A stretch of 64,000 nucleotides of DNA from Lingula anatina (Eukaryota; Animalia; Brachiopoda): contig CM120641.1 of the NCBI GenBank assembly GCA_051362555.1, forward strand, positions 26,852,401 to 26,916,400, read 5' to 3'. Shown here piece by piece: positions 53,051 to 64,000 of this stretch. How positions within the stretch are numbered: position 1 is the stretch's first letter; each line of letters opens with the position of its first letter. The position numbers and the translations under genes were made by a program. The notes beneath the pieces were generated by a model. That model was not told the DNA's origin. It did not search any database and was given only the letters and a program-made list of their open reading frames with translations.

Positions 53051-56000
53051 ATGAAACATGTCGAAGCAAGCTTGCTTTATTCTTTACTTGTATCACACAG
53101 GTAGTTGCGATTTTAAGGCTAGATGAAGTTAAAATAAGCCTCAGTTTAATTGTGTTAAGACTCTAGTAAATGTGTCTTAATTGTCTTCTGTACCTCTTAC
53201 AGTAGGAATTACATGTACTTTGGTAAATTATTGTGTACCAGTATAGTGCATATAGAAAATAGTTTGTGGTCACGAGAAAGTTGATACCATGCTGTATAAA
53301 ACGGGGCAATATTTATGAACTGTAAGGCGCCATGCCAATAATAAAACTGAAGTTATCACGTTTCTAGTATTCGGGCGTGGGCATTTTCCCGACATTCCCT
53401 CTAAAGGTTTAGATGGTTTTTTTCCCCACGGCCCGAGGGCATCGGGTACTACCATTTATTGATTCATTGCATTTACATAATTCATTAATGATTACTAAAG
53501 TACTTTTGAAATTGAATGTTACTGTATATAATAGTTGAATAAAACTATATTCTCCAAATTTTCTTTTTGTTAAAAAAACGGAAGGGGTGTGCAGATGGAA
53601 AAATAATAATCAGATTTGCAAATTAATTTAAATGGAGTTGCATGCCTATGCACGCGGCTCGTTCTATTATCAGTCGAATTTTATTTTCAATTGCCCCTTC
53701 TCACTTAAACTCAATTTAAGATTTGGAGATTTCTGTTGCGTAGATTTCTTCCATAAAACTAGGAAATGTCCAGGTAGTAAAATTTATTTTTGGAAATAAA
53801 AGTGCGGTCTTGCGTAACTTTTTCTCCGGGCATAACTTTTATCCCGAGTCGGATTGGAGCCCCTAGAATCTAGAATCAACTACCTTACATAAATATATCC
53901 CGCTGTAAATGTAGGAACCCAACATTTGATGTTAGTGAAGAGGTATCTTATATATAGGGGTTCATTTTATTGATTCCCCCTACCCCACGAAAAAAAGCAC
54001 TTTTAAAAATTCAGTGTGTTGACGGAACGATTCGAATTAAGCATTAAATAAATAAATATATTAACAATAAACTCACTAAATTCACGATGCAGGACTCTGA
54101 TATTTTCGACATGTAAGAATTTTTGTCGCATACTCGATTGACAAACCACATCTAAGATGATCTCGATTCATAATCAGCTATGACTGTGTTAAGAGAGGCA
54201 TTTATATACAAGACAGTCGAAAGGAAAGATCTTAAGTAGGTCGATGGCATTAAAAATCACAGCCTCACAGGGCCCATTTTTGGGCACATTTTACTTTTAG
54301 TGAAGAATTCCTGTTTAAATTTAAATTTTGCATACTTCAAGATGACTTATTACCCTTTGCATCCACGCAAAGGCAGCCAGTTGTTACATTTGATGCCACT
54401 CGCGCTTTACCCGTTTTGGAAACTTCTATTTCGATCGTTATATTTCAAATGAATGCAGCTGCAGGTTATAAAATCCATCCGTGTGAAATTCACCAAACAC
54501 TTTCACACCACTACCAATTCCTTCCTAAAAAAACTGAATTTATAGGCCTACTGTGTTACGTAGAGTCTTTTTAAAAACTCTTCTTTTTAAAATAGAGAAT
54601 TTCAATATTTCTTCAAATCGAAAGAAATGTAAGCAAGCAAGTTACAAGTCGGTATAGAATATTGCATTTATTAAAACCATTTGTCACTATGGGCAGTAAC
54701 AATATACTTTCGACCTTATATAACTGTCTCCATGAAAAAAACGCCCATTTCCCATTTAGGGTGCATGCATATTTCACGTGATAAATATATCCTTAAAAGG
54801 CAAAACCTATTGTGACGTCATTGGCCCGTGCCGACGTTACCAGGTAACATAAAAGTTACTGGAGATATGCTGCGCGCAAGCGAATTGATTACGGCGATTT
54901 TCTTTCGAGTAAAATAGACTATATACACGATGATAGTTGCGTCACATATGGCCTTTTTAGGCATGAAATACAGTTACATGTATATTTTTCACAGAGAAAC
55001 ATTCAGACTCGAAAACGAGGTAAGATATTGCTTTTTGGCAGAACAAAAATCGAAAAACTGTTGGTAGGCCTACCAATATATCTGTGCATCAACCCCTTTA
55101 CAACCATTGTTGCTTTGTTCTTATAAATCAAAATAAGATTCCATGGGGCGTCTTTAAAGTTTAGTTTAAGAAGTAATCGGGCCATTTTATTTTACTAATT
55201 TTGATAATTTCACTCGCCAAGAAGATTCAATTTGTCTTGGTAACTAAGAGCGAAGTTTCAATTATTTTATATATATAGGATATGTTCAGATAAAAGCAAA
55301 TTTAAGTCTAGAGTTTTGCACTTTTTATCGATTTCCCTTTATTCAATGCTTAAGGTTCGGGCTCTTTTTTGGAAGGAAGACACGATGCTTCCGATTTTGG
55401 GAGGTGGAGGATTCGGTGCAGTATACAAGGTATTGAACTTATCGTGATAAACAAACGAAAGTGTTGCTGGGAAAGCTGGAGTAGCAATAATAGTAGCATT
55501 GGTACACACAGACATGACAGTTATTATGTATTTTTTAGATATTTTAAGCAGTAGCAGCAGAACAATATGTTTACCATGATTTAGTGATGAGACCAGTTTA
55601 TCCTTGCTATTATTTTTTACGGATGTGACATTCCACTAACCGAAATATTTTACGTTTAGTTTAAAGACAACCTGGCATTAAAGGTACCAACCTCCGAGGC
55701 CTATGCAAGGTCCATCTACAGAGAAGTTTCTTTTATGAAGAGGATAGACAGCAAATTTATCTTGAGGTATTTTATCAGTTGAATACAAACTACTTAATAT
55801 GTTGATTAATTTGTAAGCTTGGATGCCTATGAAACACGATGTCTCTTATGAAATACGCCAAATGATAATCTCTTTACCTCGTTAAAAGTTTGGCATTTAA
55901 ATTATCAACATATTTCACAATACCATTATAATAAATTGAATGAGAATAAATACGTACTGGACGGATAAAACCGTCATAAACCGTAACTGTAAAATCTCAA

Positions 56001-59000
56001 TTATTTATCATACAATGAGAAATTACTCTGTACAGGTTCAGAATCTTTCGTCCACCCGATTTAGTTCATCTCAGTCTGATATGAGAAATTTCCGTTCCAG
56101 ACTTGTTCACTCATTCGACTTACGACGTGGTTTTCCCGTCCTGTTGTCGGAGTTATGTCCAATGGACCTGGACATTCTCCGGGAGTATTGGGAAACATTT
56201 TTGTAAGTAATAACATTACTTTCATTTCTTTAAGCAATCCTTTCATTTTTTTCTGATTTTACCTTGTTTGATCCTTAAAATATCTATTTCTTAAAAAATG
56301 CGTTATTCAACAAAATATTTTCCCTAAATGTTAACAAAAATATCATAATGACAGTTGATTTTATTTATTTCTTAGGGACGAAGTTCCTCTTCAGATGGTG
56401 AAGTATGTAGCCACTTGTGTCTGTATGGCTATTGGGCACTTGCACCAACGGAGCGTAGCTCACTTTGATATAAAAACGAATAACGTGTTGATAAGTGTGC
56501 ACGGGATCCCCAAACTGGTAAGATGTTCGCTTTGTTGTGGCTTAGTTTTGTCTCTCTGAGTAAATAAATCCAGGTTATTTCTCTCTTCTTGCCTTGCGAC
56601 TTTCCTTGGTCGGGTCTGATTTGGGATACCGCTTCGCTCTTCGCCAAGGCTCGCTTTTACGTACCTAAAATAACTGTAATGTGTCACCAATCTGAATGAA
56701 AACATGTTATGACTGGTAAAAAATATGATTTTGTATTAGACTGATAAAAAAAAACTTTGGATGAAATCAGCGTTTTCATTTTTGGTAACCAGAACATTCC
56801 ATTTTTCATTCAATTATAAATGCGGATTTCTTTCTTACAGTGTGATTTGGGGTCCGTTCACCCTTTAAATGAGGCCGGGGAGAGTATACATGGAGTGGAG
56901 TTCATGAATTTCACCCTATATAAAAACATGACTCCAGAGGTGCTGAGGGGTGGCGCCGTCTCTTGGAGAGCAGACTATTACGCCTTGGGTGTCCTGTTAT
57001 TTGAATTGATGGAGGGAAGGTAATAAAAAGGATGCAGTTATTTGAATAATGACTGAACTGTTATTCATGCCAATAGTTCTGATAGAAAATATTACGCCAA
57101 AATAACACCCTTTTCTTTGGAGCTACAAGTCGTATGAACAGAAAACCTGAAAATTAAGCACTAATTAAAAAAAAACTTTATAGTTTTAGAAAAGTAGGAA
57201 GTGTTGGAAGACATATAACTTTAGTCGATTTATTTAGACACCCACTTTGGACCGAGTTGCCAACTAGAGCAGAAGCCATAATGAAAATCCTCCAAGGCAC
57301 CATCATCTACACAGATACAGAGCATGTCTTCAGGGATCTGATTAACAGATTAGTCTGGTAAGCAAATGCCTTAATGAAATGCCGTGAACAAATTTATCAC
57401 TAGCCTTTTAAGCATTGGCTGTCCTTGAGTGTCAGGGCACTATAAAGCTAGCTTGCTTACTATTCATACCTTATGGGGTAGCTTTACAGTATCCGTATTG
57501 CTGATATGGGTTATATATGAAACGGAGATGGCAATAGTGAAATCTAGAACCTAGGGTAGCATTGGCCTGTCTAAACACACAAAAATTAATAATGCACTTT
57601 TTAAAATAAGTCTTGCTTACTCCGAAGAAATAGTTTGTCTTCAGTTGCCATTATCCCCAACTGGTCTCATATTGAACTTTCAGCACTGATTCATTTCATT
57701 TCAGCAACGTGAACCAAAGAATTGACAACATGACTGGCCTTTTAAGTCATCGGTAGGAAATTTATCAATGTTATTTTTCTTCCTGCAAGGCGCTTTATCG
57801 CTAACAATTTATTGGACTTTTTAAAGCCATATCTTATTTTTATTTATATTTTCATTAATTAATTTTTTGGTATTTAATCTATTTTTTTTACATATATTCA
57901 CTATATTCCTTTGTCTGTTATACTCTTTGTCTGTTATACCTTTGTCTTTTATATTCATTATATATTCATTTATATTCATTAATTTATTTAATTTCAGTTG
58001 GCTCTGTGACTACTACGTGAATAATTTTCCAACCGATATGGTCACCTCTCCCATCTTAGACATTGCTCAGGTAACGCCTGGTTTTATGACATTGACTGCT
58101 TCTTATAAAGTAAATACTCGCTGTTTCCCTACAGCCCTGTTCCACACCGACTACGAATGCCATGAACAGGAATAGATAAATTCCAGGTTTTTACTTAATT
58201 TTGTTCAAGGGTGAAGTTACGTCCCATACTGATTTCTACTGTACCTCACCTCCAAATAGAAAGGTGTTAAATAGACTATCAAAGCTTTGAGTTGCCTATG
58301 CTTATACATTGCAACGAAAAAAATATAAACGCTGTTATTTTATATTTTTGAGAGTTTTTTATTTTTTTATTTTTTTAAATCAGCACAAAGACAGATGCAT
58401 TATTGAATAATTAGATGCAGTAAAAAACTCATTTTCGGAATTTGGATGATAATAAAGGGTAACAATATCCTTAATTAGCTTTCTGTTAACTAAATACTAA
58501 TATTCGTAAAGTATTCCTAACGTTTTAAAAAATCATAACTATCTCTTGACAACATTCGCACTGTTCAAGCAGAATCCCTCGAATATTCTTAAGTCTTTCT
58601 TAACCAATTTGTAACTGAATCCTACAGGGCTAAGACTTCTACCAGAAATGTGCAAAATCCCACGATTCCCCACTAATTTCTAAATTGTTCGTGGAATTGG
58701 TAGTCGGTGTGGAATAGCCCCATTAGAGTGAACCTTCACGGACTTCAAGCAAATTGTACATGCATATAAGTCGAAATAACCAAATGTCAGCTCCTCCATA
58801 GCCTACGTGTATGCAATGGAAAAGGTGTAATTTATTTTCTTTAAACATTCTTAAACATTCCATGCTTATGATATTGAGATGTAGTTTAATGACTTATTAT
58901 ATGCAACGTTTTTGTCATGACAGGAAGTGTTGGCGGAAGAACAGCTTGAGATGGGACCTCTGACTGCAAACAGCAGCGTCCGCAATATTGTTGACAATGG

Positions 59001-59004
59001 CTAG
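53051..59004 (+). CDS. Divergent Ser/Thr-type protein kinase (non-RD; HFD-DLG-TPE); start and end exons tentative
   Basis: Core phase-consistent exons: 54995-55019, 55355-55429 (LGGGGFGAVYK), 55660-55766 (LALK...YREV), 56101-56202, 56376-56517 (HFDIKTNNVL), 56841-57019 (CDLG...TPE...DYYALGVLLFELMEG), 57238-57357, 57705-57752 (QRI...SHR), 57998-58070. Tentative start exon 53003-53100 (ATG 53051); tentative terminal exons about 58210-58263 and 58924-59004. Confidence 0.8.
54813..54820. promoter_or_regulatory. Palindromic CRE (TGACGTCA) upstream of the kinase core exons
   Basis: Exact TGACGTCA in a CpG-rich patch with a CACGTG nearby; function inferred only. Confidence 0.3.
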
Positions 59005-59938
59005 AGGACTGCTGCAAACTACCGGCTGCTTCAATTCTTCCCACAAGTTTCACGATTCATTTTGATTTTGAAGTAGCCTACTCTATAGCCGACTTCATGA
59101 AACAAACTATCCACTTCTTTACATATATGTAGACGACTTTATAACTTGAGCTTACAGCATCGCAGAACGATCTCAGACCAAAGTTAATATTTAGTTACCG
59201 TAAAGGACGCTTTAATCAATTTTTCAAATATGTACATGTATCGATCAAATGTATTATAATAAATTGTAAACTCTACTACTGTTCAAATCGTTATTTTCAA
59301 AAAATAAAACCGATTTCCTACAGTCCCTAGTTGGTGACCGGTTTAGTCCGCAAAATTATATGTTTGTTCTCCAATGCGTTCATTAAAATAAAAAACTTGA
59401 TGAATTCGAATAGATAAGAGCGTTAACTTTATTACGAAATTTCCCCCATTCCTCAAAAATAAGAAGAAATGAAACGCGGAAAAAAAACTTAACATTATTG
59501 TGTCCAACCTTTATATATTACAATAATATTGTGTAAAGCTTTAAATTTACCGAGCAAAGCGAGGTTGAATTTTTTCCTTGTGCCAGCCCCACCCTTTCAT
59601 TGCAAAGGCTTTGCAAAATCCTTTACGTATAGCTCCGCCAGTGTATCTTCTTGGGCCTGCAACAAACGCAGAGAGTAAAAGAATATCCAAAGTGGATACA
59701 ACTTTTTTGCTTGAAGTTAAATAACCACTGTAAATTTTTTTAAGTCATTGTATTTAAATTTCTTGGTGAAAATAAACAGGGCATTTTTGTAGGCACATCG
59801 TTCAGTGTTCTGAGTGTTCAGATAACGAAGTTTGGCGCACGTTATCAATCTTGTACGTGAGCACAACTAGCGGTGCGATACTGTGTAGTGATTGAATCGC
59901 CCTCTAGCGGAAATTTCTTCCCACACGAAACGGAGAAC

Positions 59939-63454
<3,516 letters not shown>

Positions 63455-64000
63455 TGACAGCATACTATCAGGAATTTAGTATTCACATACCATGCCAGTA
63501 TTGTCTTTCCATCAGGATAAAAATTACTGAAAATGTAAATAATAATAGCAGGCAGAATACACATGACTGACAAAGGGTGATAACAATTTACCAGGCATAT
63601 GCATATAGTGAACATATATCATGGTGCTTCCTATGTGAAATTTCAGTGTATTTAAATCTTGTGGTGAAAGTGCAGCTGACAAAATCAGGACACATCTAGT
63701 CAAACTGTTCAAAACGCAAGGTCTTTTTATAACTGTAACTACTAACATTACAAAAGTTAGTTAATTTTCTAGATGCAAACCTAGACTTAGAATCTGAGAC
63801 ATGCAAGCCATTTCTGAATGCAGAACCTAGCTATATGAGTAAGAACTTGAAGCAGCCCCCAGCCATCGGAGGAAGATTGCAGCTCTATGATCAAGTTGGA
63901 CAAATTGCAGGATCTGTATGTGTACAAAAATTCATTAGAAGCAGCGGGGTACAACAGAAGGAAGGTGACCATTGAGTTTAAACCAAGCAATTTTAGCTCC

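Noticed and set aside
59530-59643. Right end of a MITE-like element (...tatagctccgccagtg)
   Set aside because: No matching left TIR found in the window; likewise for the caggggcggataca fragment near 46979.
63851-64000. Open plus-strand frame running off the window end (SPQPSEEDCSSMIKLDKLQDLYVYKN...)
   Set aside because: Too short and truncated, with no recognisable family or clear splice acceptor.

Overview
AT-rich, intron-containing animal genomic DNA from an invertebrate bilaterian. A mollusc or other lophotrochozoan is my guess, based on the HINE-type repeat and mosaic CpG depletion. Left to right: (1) the 5' eight exons of TTC7 on the minus strand, head-to-head with (2) a complete RPS27A gene that has a 5'TOP and one SNORD58-like C/D snoRNA in each of its four introns; (3) a 28-exon CCDC88 (Girdin/Daple) gene of about 2061 aa with both a GBA motif and a Daple-type WYEYGCV PDZ ligand, a Helentron-type HINE in one intron, and a triplicated splice acceptor just before the GBA exon; (4) a TATA+Inr-driven unit of tandemly duplicated exon/intron modules, each carrying a small ORF, leading towards (5) an intact but very divergent non-RD protein kinase gene; (6) a complete PTGR2 gene. 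Several MITEs and microsatellites lie in introns. The most interesting items are the snoRNA paralogues predicted to target adjacent rRNA nucleotides via a 1-nt register shift, the repeated sORF-exon array and orphan kinase, and the splice-site triplication before the GBA exon. All exon coordinates were read by hand.
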